Assembly: GCA_007376125.1 (NCBI GenBank)
Contig: VMFQ01000012.1
Span: 1 to 49,672 of the forward strand
Direction: 5' to 3'
DNA: 49,672 nucleotides
Source: Parcubacteria group bacterium Gr01-1014_33
GTDB taxonomy: Bacteria; Patescibacteriota; Minisyncoccia; Sungbacterales; HO2-52-23
This document shows, one piece after another, positions 17,162 to 26,098 of this stretch. A model generated the notes under the pieces. The model made no database searches and was not told the origin of the DNA. It saw only the letters and a program-made list of their open reading frames with translations. Position 1 is the stretch's first letter; each line of letters begins with the position of its first letter. The position numbers and the translations under genes are program-made.

Positions 17162-17263
17162 GAATCATGAATTAGGAATCATGAATTAGGAATTTTAAAT
17201 ACTTCTTTTCTGTATTCTATCCCTGATTCATAATTCCTTATTCCTTATTCCTTATTTCATGAT
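17162..17263. repeat. Low-complexity imperfect palindrome (GAATTAGGAAT / ATTCCTTATTC words)
   Basis: gaatcatgaattaggaatcatgaattaggaat ... attcataattccttattccttattccttatttcatgat. Confidence 0.55.
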
Positions 17264-18429
17264 ACTTCAAAAAATTTCTTCTGGCTGTAGAGCGGCGTCT
17301 GCTGTAAAATCTCCGCGATCCGTTTGCTCGTATCCGGCTTATAGTAAATATGAGAGGAGGGATACCGGCCGTGTTCCATTTGCGCCGTGATAGCGTGTGT
17401 GATGAGAGATGCGTCGTAACCCGCATCGCAGACATTTTCCGCGCGGAGGCGCCCTTGCTGGCGCGTGCCGATGTTTACGACCGGCGTTCCAAAATACGAA
17501 GACTCTTTTATGCCGGAAGACGAATTTCCCACGAGGCAGGACGCCCGTTTCAGAAGCGCGATAAAGTCTTCCGGAAGCATATCGGTTACGAAATGAATCG
17601 GAGCGTTGCCGCGCCGCGCGCGTTCGCGAAATATCCGGATCGCTTTTGCCATCTCATCGGTCCCGGCGTCCGAATTCGGCCAGAACCAGACTGCGGGCAC
17701 TTTGAGTTCGTCCACCGCCTGCAAAGTCATTTCAACATGTTCCCGATTTTTTACCTCGGTTGTTACCGGATGCTGGATTACCATAAGGAACGGTTTTGAA
17801 ATATCTACCCCCTCCCCCACCCCCATACGATTTACAAAATCCGCCGGCAATCGTTTTTTCACCCCTGCCGCAAATTCTACATCAAGCGATCCTACATTAT
17901 ATACAGAATCCGGATCCTCTCCCATCTGGACCACGCGCCGCCGCGAATCTTCATTTGTTACAAAATGGACATGCGAAAGTTTCGTAATTGCGTGCCGTAC
18001 GCTCTCGTCAATCGTGCCAGTAACGTCCCCGCCCTCTATGTGCGCGACTGTTTTATTCAAATACGCAGCCACCATTGCCACCGCTAACTGTTCAAACCGA
18101 TCTCCGCGGATAAGCACAATGTCCGGATTTAGTTTGTGGAGTATGTTCGCGGATTCAAGCGCGGTCAGCCCGGCTGTCTTTGCCATGGTCACATGATTTC
18201 CACCCTCAATCACGTTATAGAGCGTCTCGTGAATTTCAAACCCCGCGTCGCGGATCGCCGGCAAAAAACGCTCGCCGTATTTTTCAAGAATCGCCGAGCC
18301 GCCCACCACGAGCTGGAGTTCAATTTTCGGATTGCCGCTATTGAGGAGTTCCAAAAGCCGCTTCTGCCGCGCGTAGTGAATCCGGCTCATTATGGGAAAG
18401 CAGATTTTTCTAGGTTTTTGCTTATCCAT
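17257..18429 (-). CDS. neuC: UDP-N-acetylglucosamine 2-epimerase, hydrolysing type (NeuC/LegG-like)
   Basis: Start is MDKQKPRKICFPIMSRIHY at 18429. IRGDRFEQLAVAMVAAYLNKTVAHIEGGDVTGTIDESVRHAITKLSHVHFV is present. The longer track ORF only adds a translated repeat. Confidence 0.8.
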   Translation of the reverse strand: MDKQKPRKICFPIMSRIHYARQKRLLELLNSGNPKIELQLVVGGSAILEKYGERFLPAIRDAGFEIHETLYNVIEGGNHVTMAKTAGLTALESANILHKLNPDIVLIRGDRFEQLAVAMVAAYLNKTVAHIEGGDVTGTIDESVRHAITKLSHVHFVTNEDSRRRVVQMGEDPDSVYNVGSLDVEFAAGVKKRLPADFVNRMGVGEGVDISKPFLMVIQHPVTTEVKNREHVEMTLQAVDELKVPAVWFWPNSDAGTDEMAKAIRIFRERARRGNAPIHFVTDMLPEDFIALLKRASCLVGNSSSGIKESSYFGTPVVNIGTRQQGRLRAENVCDAGYDASLITHAITAQMEHGRYPSSHIYYKPDTSKRIAEILQQTPLYSQKKFFEVS

Positions 18430-18456
18430 TATAGGTAAGTAGTCCCTCGCCGCCCT

Positions 18457-18572
18457 GTCATTGCGAGGATTTTCGTGCGGATTTCGTACAAAAATCCGCG
18501 GCAATCCCACTCTCCGAGGTTTTAGATTGCGGAGTTTATCCTGAGTCTTGCGAAGGACCCGCTCGCAATGAC
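18457..18572. repeat. Palindromic repeat with GTCATTGCGAG ... CTCGCAATGAC termini (copy 1)
   Basis: Termini read directly. Internal GGCAATCCC and a trailing GTGAGAGGTTAC are shared with the copy at 47574-47675. Confidence 0.7.
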
Positions 18573-18641
18573 GGAAGAGGAGCTGTGAGAGGTTACATAG
18601 GTAAAACTTGTATTTATGGATATAAGTTGCATAATATAATG

Positions 18642-19391
18642 CTAATTGATATTCTTGCCGAAAAGGTTAATAACCCTCTTCAACGCGGAAAAAGCCGGTG
18701 TCGCATAGCGATACATATATATGTCCATCTCATCTCCTCCGAAAGAGCGTTTAAACTCAACAATCCCTTTTTTTGAAGGGTCATCCAAATTAAGTCCCGC
18801 TAAATCGAAAAACTTTCTGTTATTTCTTTTCCCCCACTTGCACATTTCCCAAATGAGCATGCGCGATGCATGCGCGCTCACTTTTGCACGTTCGCCCATT
18901 TCTCTCCTTAAAGAAGCGGTATGCTTTGCGCGAATATACTCTCCATTGTCATAAAAAGACATTGTTACTATCATCCTCCCGTTGTAATACGCGTTGAAAA
19001 ATAAACAATTATCAAACTCTTTTTTTATGTCCGGTTTCGCTCCTTCTTCTTTTTTAACCTCGCGATAGAGCCGATATGACGCATCAGAATCTTTGTCCTC
19101 CGAAACTATTTTGAGATCCGCATTTTTCTCCCCTCTCCGGATATGTTTCTTACAGGTATCGCTGTATTTCTTGAAAATATCATCCACGCCTTGGTTAAGA
19201 TCAATGAGCGCGGTACGCTGGACTCTTTCTTTACACCAAAGAATATGCGCGCGCGCGTAAGAATAGACATGGAGATACCTGAATTTCTTTTTGAGGCCTT
19301 CCGCTTCCTCAAGACTGATTCCAGAAGTAAGGATTCGCGCATACGAGAATCCCGCGATTGAAATTTTTTGTACTATATCTCCCTGCCTCAT
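18642..19391 (-). CDS. FemAB-like / GNAT-fold (Acetyltransf_6-like) transferase, single-domain short form
   Basis: FFDLAGLNLDDPSKKGIVEFKRSFGG resembles the FemX/FemAB motif YDxGG...GLxxFKxxFG. It has an ATGA overlap with the upstream GNAT gene. Confidence 0.5.
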   Translation of the reverse strand: MRQGDIVQKISIAGFSYARILTSGISLEEAEGLKKKFRYLHVYSYARAHILWCKERVQRTALIDLNQGVDDIFKKYSDTCKKHIRRGEKNADLKIVSEDKDSDASYRLYREVKKEEGAKPDIKKEFDNCLFFNAYYNGRMIVTMSFYDNGEYIRAKHTASLRREMGERAKVSAHASRMLIWEMCKWGKRNNRKFFDLAGLNLDDPSKKGIVEFKRSFGGDEMDIYMYRYATPAFSALKRVINLFGKNIN

Positions 19392-19915
19392 ATATTGAAC
19401 ATCTTCTTCCTTCGCGCCAAAATTTTTTGAATTTTTTTCGCGCGTGATGGCTTGGGCAAGAATAAATTAATCCGGTAAAAATTTGTTTCTTTCTGAAAAA
19501 ATCCGAATTTTTGATACACCGCATTGGCGGCAATACGCTTGGGGTTGGTATAGGTGCTTATATGTTTTGCCCGTACGGCGCGCGCGGTTTGAATCAATTT
19601 TTGGATAAGTTGAGAACCGATTCCGTGACCGCGAAAATGTTCATCCACGGTAAACTCCTCAATAAATGCGATGAGCCCGGTCGGCACCCAATACAGCACA
19701 AGAGACGCCATCCCCACGATTGCGTCTCTTCCCCCTACCGAAGTACGCGCCACCGCCATGCGAATGCATTCTTGATTTACCACGCGCTTTAGTTCCCGCA
19801 ACGTCAAAAGATGCGGCTTATCTGCTTGCTGGGGCAAAAGCATATTGATATCGCCTACATCATTTTGTGTAGGGTGAGGTAACCACTCAATTTTTATTCT
19901 TCGCTTGGTTTTCAT
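19388..19915 (-). CDS. GNAT family N-acetyltransferase (PseH-like candidate)
   Basis: FIEEFTVDEHFRGHGIGSQLIQKLIQ is GNAT motif A (R/Q-x-x-G-x-G/A). Confidence 0.75.
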   Translation of the reverse strand: MKTKRRIKIEWLPHPTQNDVGDINMLLPQQADKPHLLTLRELKRVVNQECIRMAVARTSVGGRDAIVGMASLVLYWVPTGLIAFIEEFTVDEHFRGHGIGSQLIQKLIQTARAVRAKHISTYTNPKRIAANAVYQKFGFFQKETNFYRINLFLPKPSRAKKIQKILARRKKMFNI

Positions 19916-19930
19916 ACAATGTATACTATC

Positions 19931-21280
19931 TTACGCGGGCGATGAGAGCGCATCAATGAGAATTCTTGCAACTCGCTTGCCGGCGCATCCGTCAAGCGCT
20001 CCGCATTGCTCTCGGACGAGCCGCGCTCTTTCAACGCGATGAAATTTGGGATTTTCTAAATAACGCCCGATCCAGTCAATAAGTTCTTCTTTTGTGCTGA
20101 CCAATTGAATCGCTCCGGTAGCAAGAACCGGTTGGTAATGATCCACTTTATAAAATTCAGCGGTGGGACGACAGTCCGGAAAATCTATTTTTAAGTTAAT
20201 AATCGGCGTATCAAACATCGCGGCATCAATACTCATCGTAGACGCATAACTTACCACTACCGAAGAATAACATAAAGTATCGGCGAGTGACTGAAAATCT
20301 TCAAAACTCATATCCCAATCCGTTCCTCGTTCAAGCGAGAAGCGTTTTCCCGGCATCTGGAAAATGACATCCGCGCAGTCGGGGGGCGCCGTTATTCTGT
20401 CATTTGGCGGGAAACGGACAAAGAGTTTTACATGGTATGAAAATAAATTTTTTTTAACTATGCCCGCAAGAAGCGCAATAATGCGCAAATCCGCATCACT
20501 TGCCGCAGTACCCGCCGGACAAAAAAGTATAATGCGTTCGTTCTCGCCAATTCCGTACTGCCGGTAAAATTCCGCTTTGGGAGTGCGCAGGGTATTTAGA
20601 TAATAATCAAAATGAGGAATCCCCGTTACATAAATGCGCGCCGGAGCCATATCCGCATGCGTTATTGCGTCCCTTTTTACAATCTCATTATGCACAATCA
20701 TCTCGTTGGGAAGGAGACGCACCATGGAGCGCGCCGTCAACTTATCCCACGAATTGATAAGTCCAATGGTTTTTATGTTGCGTCTTTTTGCTTCACGCAA
20801 GATTACAATCTCTCTATCGCTAAAAAGGTGGGCAAGCAATACGAGTGAGGGATTATAGCGCGCAAAGTAAGGAGCAAGGTAGTGCTCATGCACTATGCGA
20901 TAATCAAGCCAGCGCACTATCTTTCGCACGGTACGACGCGCAAAAATCCGATTAAAGACAATCTTGAAGAAAAATTTTGGATAATTGCCCGACTCTCTCA
21001 ACTCCCAGATTCTTTTGAGATCTATCGTGGACGAGCGAATGAGATTAAATTTGAGAAATCTAAAAAGGGGGCCGAAGAAACCGGGGGTATATTCCTCCAC
21101 TACTTCATACACTACATTTGGCGCTTGAAATTCGCTTTCATAATGCTCTTTTTTTGCGTTACTGTCGGTAAAAAAAACTACACGGATGTCGGGATGGCGT
21201 ATCAGTTCTTTATACACATCCGTACGGACAATGTTGCGAAATTCTATTGCTTGGAAAAGCGAAATGAAAATAGTTTTCAT
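19931..21280 (-). CDS. Uncharacterised GT-B-like transferase, paralog P1 (weak TagF/CDP- or CMP-donor transferase resemblance)
   Basis: 449 aa. ILFCPAGTAASD, VKLFVRFPPND and CYSSVVVSYASTMSIDAAMFDTPIINL parallel the TagF-type YAPT / HP / DYSS...P motifs. It is a paralog of 23733-25079. Confidence 0.4.
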   Translation of the reverse strand: MKTIFISLFQAIEFRNIVRTDVYKELIRHPDIRVVFFTDSNAKKEHYESEFQAPNVVYEVVEEYTPGFFGPLFRFLKFNLIRSSTIDLKRIWELRESGNYPKFFFKIVFNRIFARRTVRKIVRWLDYRIVHEHYLAPYFARYNPSLVLLAHLFSDREIVILREAKRRNIKTIGLINSWDKLTARSMVRLLPNEMIVHNEIVKRDAITHADMAPARIYVTGIPHFDYYLNTLRTPKAEFYRQYGIGENERIILFCPAGTAASDADLRIIALLAGIVKKNLFSYHVKLFVRFPPNDRITAPPDCADVIFQMPGKRFSLERGTDWDMSFEDFQSLADTLCYSSVVVSYASTMSIDAAMFDTPIINLKIDFPDCRPTAEFYKVDHYQPVLATGAIQLVSTKEELIDWIGRYLENPKFHRVERARLVREQCGALDGCAGKRVARILIDALSSPA

Positions 21281-22221
21281 ACGGTTGATCTTAATCCTCC
21301 GCAGAAATCCTGAAGATCCCCCGCATCATACCGAGGAATTAAATAGGGCAAATCCCCTTTCCTTACTCCTCGGCGTTCAATCGTAACCGCATAGCGAAAT
21401 CCTTCTTCTTGAAGAACTTTATGCGCCATCTCGTCTGCCCGGCCATGCGGATAAGAAAATACAGGAGAAATCTCTTCGCATATGCCTGACAAAATCTCTT
21501 TTGCGCGTTCCACATCGTCCCGTACCTCACTTTCTTGCTTCTCATACAAAGGGGCGTGCGCATAAGAATGCGACCCGATAGCCATTCCGCTTTTTTGGAT
21601 TTCTCTTATTTCCTCTTTTTTCATAAAAAGCATCTGGTTCAACGCTTTGGGCTCTTTTTGAGAGCGCGAAAGAGCAGTTCCCAGAAATGCGGTTTGAAGA
21701 TCTCCCGGGATCTGCATAAGAGTTTCTTTGAAATTTGCAGTAAGAATATCTTCGTGCATCCGCTTGGAAGTAAGCCGGTGATCGGAGGGAATGGGATACT
21801 CGTCTTTTTGGGAAGGGAATTCGGCGGCAACCACTTCTTGAAAAGTACGCACAAGTGAAGACACCGATTCAGACGACATAAGAACATGAAGCGCATGCGC
21901 GGCAGGGAGCGCGCCTTCACACACACAGCCGATAATAAAAAAAGTTCCCCGAGCGCCGTATTTTTTCAAAATCGGAAATGCATTATCGTATTGGTCTTTC
22001 AAGCCGTCATCAAACGTCAAGGCGCAATAACTCCTTTTCTCCTCATTCTCCGCCGCAGATACCACCTCTTCTACAGAGACGATTTTATACCGCTCGGAAA
22101 GAAATTCTATTTGGCGCCGAAACTCATCTACCGGACACGGAAAAATCCCCGAAAGTGAGGAGTCAGGATCTCTTACATAATGATAGTTAACTATTATATA
22201 GCGCTCATTCGGAGAAAACAT
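21277..22221 (-). CDS. Polysaccharide deacetylase (NodB homology, CE4)
   Basis: ALTFDDGLKDQYDNAFPILKKYGARGTFFI, with GSHSYAH further downstream. Confidence 0.8.
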   Translation of the reverse strand: MFSPNERYIIVNYHYVRDPDSSLSGIFPCPVDEFRRQIEFLSERYKIVSVEEVVSAAENEEKRSYCALTFDDGLKDQYDNAFPILKKYGARGTFFIIGCVCEGALPAAHALHVLMSSESVSSLVRTFQEVVAAEFPSQKDEYPIPSDHRLTSKRMHEDILTANFKETLMQIPGDLQTAFLGTALSRSQKEPKALNQMLFMKKEEIREIQKSGMAIGSHSYAHAPLYEKQESEVRDDVERAKEILSGICEEISPVFSYPHGRADEMAHKVLQEEGFRYAVTIERRGVRKGDLPYLIPRYDAGDLQDFCGGLRSTV

Positions 22222-22244
22222 ATGTGTGCTTCAATTTATAACGC

Positions 22245-23561
22245 TTACTTTTGCCCCAAAGTAACCCCTTCTCCGCGCGATCCAGGAAAAAGACGCGCTG
22301 CCTGTTCTTGAAGATGAATACCAAGCTCGTCTTGCACTATTTTTTCAATATGCCTGCCCAAAAGCGATAGAGAGCGAAGGGAAGGATATTTTTTGTCAAA
22401 AGGGATCACAAATTCTTTGTTTCCTTGAAATTTTTGCACGGCGCTCCTCTTGTCCTCTTTCCTCCGAATACATACGCCGTAGAGCATCCGCCATACAATA
22501 TGGAGGCGCATGCGGCGTATGAGATTCAAAAAAGGCCAGAGAAACATATATTTTTTCGCTCGTGCGGCAAGAACTTTTTGATACCCCGCATTGAGCGTTT
22601 TGAGGAACGCAAAAAGCTCTTTCCAATTGCGAAGTGCGGCTACTACGCCGGTATCAAGATAGAAAAGTTCCGAAACGTACTGCTCCGCAAAACGTTCATA
22701 GCCAATGGGAATATCACCGAGAAGATCGGGAAGAAGTTTTTTCGTGCGAAGATAATTTTCAAGTATCCCGTTCATACGCGTATATCCCTTTACGGGGCTC
22801 AATTGCGCTATAAATGGTCTTTTTTTAAAACGCGCGCGCGCGGCAGTAGACCAGATTTGACTCATTGAAACTCCGAGACGCCCCACAATAACCATCGGGA
22901 TATCAACGAAAAAAGAAGACTTGGCAAACGCAAAGAGGATTGGCTGCAGCGAATGGATATTGGGCATCTCGGCAATCATGACAAACCCGAGGCGTGCAAA
23001 TGCCCGTTCAAGAATTTGGCGCGAAAATACGGTTGCCGAAAAATGAAAACGCGGATATTTCTGACCGGGACCCCGCCGGGAAAATCCGAAAATTTCGCGG
23101 AGTGCCGATGAGAGATCAATCGCTTGCACACTGCCGTTCCAAGGCACTACTCCCACGCTATTTCGCAAAAATAGGCGCGGATGCCGGTCGTCATAATAAT
23201 AAAAATGGCTTGCGGTGATTACCTCTGCCGAAGTATTGCGGATCGTCCGATCAAAAAGATCAAGCGCAAAAGGCAGGAGAAAATTATCATCATCACACCA
23301 CATCACATACTCGCCCGTGGCCTGTCGTGCGGCAAAATCCCATGTAATCAAAGGAGGACTTTTGGGAGATTCTACATAGCGCACGCGTGCATCGTCCGAA
23401 TACAGTGTTGCTTCTTTTGCCTCTTCCGATCCGCTTGAATCCACCACGATAAGTTCAAAATCCCGAAACGTTTGCGTGAGTACAGATTCCACCGCCATGC
23501 GAATGAGATGGGCGCGCCCGGAAGTCGGTATCAGAATTGAAAATCGAGGAGGTTTAGTCAT
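22245..23561 (-). CDS. Glycosyltransferase family 2 with extended C-terminal region
   Basis: Start is MTKPPRFSILIPTSGRAHLIRMAVESVLTQTFRDFELIVVDSSG at 23561, and WCDDDN is a DxD-type motif. Confidence 0.75.
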   Translation of the reverse strand: MTKPPRFSILIPTSGRAHLIRMAVESVLTQTFRDFELIVVDSSGSEEAKEATLYSDDARVRYVESPKSPPLITWDFAARQATGEYVMWCDDDNFLLPFALDLFDRTIRNTSAEVITASHFYYYDDRHPRLFLRNSVGVVPWNGSVQAIDLSSALREIFGFSRRGPGQKYPRFHFSATVFSRQILERAFARLGFVMIAEMPNIHSLQPILFAFAKSSFFVDIPMVIVGRLGVSMSQIWSTAARARFKKRPFIAQLSPVKGYTRMNGILENYLRTKKLLPDLLGDIPIGYERFAEQYVSELFYLDTGVVAALRNWKELFAFLKTLNAGYQKVLAARAKKYMFLWPFLNLIRRMRLHIVWRMLYGVCIRRKEDKRSAVQKFQGNKEFVIPFDKKYPSLRSLSLLGRHIEKIVQDELGIHLQEQAARLFPGSRGEGVTLGQK

Positions 23562-23576
23562 ATTATAGAAAAAACA

Positions 23577-23720
23577 AAATCCGAAATCCAAATATCGAAA
23601 TCCGAAACAAATTCAAATGTTCAAAATTCAAATGACCAAAACGGGGATGGATTCGTTTTGAATTTTGGACATTCGAATTTAGATATTGTTTCGAATTTCG
23701 TGCTTCGTGCTTAGGATTTT
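23577..23720. repeat. ~145-bp low-complexity palindrome (AAATCCGAAAT / ATTTCGGATTT words), copy 1
   Basis: The arms are imperfect reverse complements. The left end aaaatccgaaatccaaatatcgaaatccgaaacaa is nearly identical to 25871-25905. Confidence 0.7.
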
Positions 23721-23732
23721 TTTCACAGCACA

Positions 23733-25079
23733 TTATGCATTTCCCACATATGATAAAAGTATTCTTGCAAGCCGTTCCGTTGCCATGCCATCCCTACGGT
23801 ACGCTTGCTCCCGAACGATACGCTCTCTTCCCGCGAAATCGCAAGTAGGATCATTGAGATATTTCTTCACATGTGAAGCGCATTCATCGGCGCCTCGGGC
23901 AAGCTTCACTCCCCCGCTTTCAAGAATCGGCTGCCAATGATTGTAATCAAAATACCGCCGTATACTCTCAAAGTATGGTCGTTCCTCATACCCGTCAAAT
24001 CCCACAAGAATTACAGGTGTATCAAAAAAGGCGGCATCAATACAAATCGTGGAAGGTCCGCATACTACGAGATCGCTCCAATGGAGCGTATCAGCCAGAT
24101 GCATATCATTGTCTCTAGTAAGCTCCTCGTTTGTTCCCGCTTGCTCCTGCCGTCCCCGCGGTTTATCAAAAAGAATTCTTCCTTCGTTTTGCCTATACTT
24201 ACCTTGCAAGAACGAAACGTGATCATCAGGCGGATAGCGGACAAGAATTTGATATTGAGGGGGAAGCGTTTGGTCAAGAATTTGCAGTACATCCCGATCT
24301 ACCGTATTGGAAGAAAGATAGCGATCTCCTACTGGCGCAAAAAGGATAAGAGGACGTTGAGAATCTCCCCCAATACGGGAGAAAAACGATTCGCGGGCGG
24401 CACGCGATTCCTTTTGATAACGATCATAGTGAGGAATGCCTACGATATGTACACGCTCCTCGGGAATGTGATGAAGCGTTACCGCTTCTTTTGCCTGAAT
24501 CTCATTTTGCACAATGAGTATATCCGGAATAATTTGCAAAAGTCCTTTTGTGGTCAAAGTATCCCACGAGCGTACCATTCCGATTACAAGGATGCCCAGG
24601 TCGCGCGCCGCATGGCACATACGCACATCATATTCATTTTGAATATCTGTTGAAAAAACCAACCCGGGACTATATCGCGCAAGAAGCTCCGAGAAAGGAA
24701 ATCGCGGGACGAGAAGTGAACTTAATGTGCGTACCACCCGCTGCCCGAACGACATACTAAAAATAAATGAAAGGAAAAATGCGCTCGACCACTTCAACTC
24801 CGTGCGCCACTTAATATCGAGCGAGCGCGTGTTGATGCTCGCGAGCGCCAAAGTGCGCAGCCAAAAATCTCTCCACTCAAGACGTTCTTTTACTCCTTCG
24901 GTCTGGACGCATCCCTTCAGCTCATCTTGGAAAAATTTTTGCTTATCGCCAGGAACCAGCGCTATCGGTCTGACTCCGCGGGCACGCAAGATTTCAAGAA
25001 GTTCGGTACTGAAAATATTGCGTAAAATCAGAGGGTGAAAGCTCGTAATAAAAATTGTTTTGGGAGTACCATGAGCCAT
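23733..25079 (-). CDS. Uncharacterised GT-B-like transferase, paralog P2
   Basis: 448 aa, MAHGTPKTIFITSFHPLILRNIF. ILFAPVGDRYLS, ILVRYPPDDH and HWSDLVVCGPSTICIDAAFFDTPVILVGF are present. Confidence 0.4.
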   Translation of the reverse strand: MAHGTPKTIFITSFHPLILRNIFSTELLEILRARGVRPIALVPGDKQKFFQDELKGCVQTEGVKERLEWRDFWLRTLALASINTRSLDIKWRTELKWSSAFFLSFIFSMSFGQRVVRTLSSLLVPRFPFSELLARYSPGLVFSTDIQNEYDVRMCHAARDLGILVIGMVRSWDTLTTKGLLQIIPDILIVQNEIQAKEAVTLHHIPEERVHIVGIPHYDRYQKESRAARESFFSRIGGDSQRPLILFAPVGDRYLSSNTVDRDVLQILDQTLPPQYQILVRYPPDDHVSFLQGKYRQNEGRILFDKPRGRQEQAGTNEELTRDNDMHLADTLHWSDLVVCGPSTICIDAAFFDTPVILVGFDGYEERPYFESIRRYFDYNHWQPILESGGVKLARGADECASHVKKYLNDPTCDFAGRERIVREQAYRRDGMATERLARILLSYVGNA

Positions 25080-25089
25080 GCAGTCTCCT

Positions 25090-25860
25090 TCACATTTTGC
25101 GGGCTACGGCCCGAGGCGGACTCGCCTTTCGGGCGAAACATTCCATACTATTGCCCCAGAATGGGAAATTAGTTTTTCGTTTCAGACGGAAAAGTCGAAG
25201 GATAAATGCAGTTATGTCGTGCGCCGGACGCGCATACGGAATTCCCCAGTATGGATAGATAAAGATAATTTCACTAAAACCAAAATTAGTGAGAATCTGG
25301 CGGAGCATCTTATCAGAAGGCAAAAGAAAATTGAGATGTTCTTTGATAAAAGGAAGATCTTGAAAAAGTCGGTATACAATTCCGTGGGTATTGGGCGTCG
25401 CAAGAAAAATCAAACTTCCTCCTGGCTTCAGCCAATAATAGCACTCGCTGATCTTCATTATGGGATCAGGGATGTGTTGAATCGTGCCGCGAAACACCAC
25501 TGCATCAAAAAAATTATCCTCTGGATCAAAGTGAGTCGTAACCCCGCGGGATTCGGCAATGACGCGCGCATGATCCGAAAGTTCAATTCCAAATTTTTCC
25601 CATTGCTCACCCCAAAGCGATAAAAATTCTCCCCGCCCGCATCCCACATCAAGCACACTGCCTCCTTTTGCAAAGGTGGGAATATATTTTTTTATGCGCT
25701 CCATTTCTTGGGCATACATTTTCTCGCGCTTTGCCTCCTCTCGCCGGTAATCCTCTCCTCCTCCGCCCGAGCGATTTTCAAAGTATTGCGGTCCGTACAA
25801 GTCCTCCAGTCGGCGCAGTGTTTCCTCGCGCACACCAAATAGTTTTTGATTGTATCGCAT
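25090..25860 (-). CDS. Class I SAM-dependent methyltransferase
   Basis: Start is MRYNQKLFG at 25860. VLDVGCGRGEFL is motif I. Confidence 0.75.
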   Translation of the reverse strand: MRYNQKLFGVREETLRRLEDLYGPQYFENRSGGGGEDYRREEAKREKMYAQEMERIKKYIPTFAKGGSVLDVGCGRGEFLSLWGEQWEKFGIELSDHARVIAESRGVTTHFDPEDNFFDAVVFRGTIQHIPDPIMKISECYYWLKPGGSLIFLATPNTHGIVYRLFQDLPFIKEHLNFLLPSDKMLRQILTNFGFSEIIFIYPYWGIPYARPAHDITAFILRLFRLKRKTNFPFWGNSMECFARKASPPRAVARKM

Positions 25861-25870
25861 ACGATTCAGA

Positions 25871-26026
25871 AAAATCCGAAATCCGAATATCGAAATTCGA
25901 AACAATATCTAAACTCAAATTTCCTAAATTCAAAACATAGCTTCGATAGACTCACTACAGGTTTTGAACATTTGGATTTTGATAATTGGAATTTGTTTCG
26001 GATTTCGGATTTCGTGCTTCGGATTT
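25871..26026. repeat. ~155-bp low-complexity palindrome, copy 2 of the 23577 family
   Basis: aaaatccgaaatccgaatatcgaaattcgaaacaat ... atttgtttcggatttcggatttcgtgcttcggattt. Confidence 0.7.
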
Positions 26027-26098
26027 AGTCCGAGAATGTATTCCTTAGACGAGCTCAGGAAATACTTACTCTATAATTCAGAAATATAGCTTGGATAC

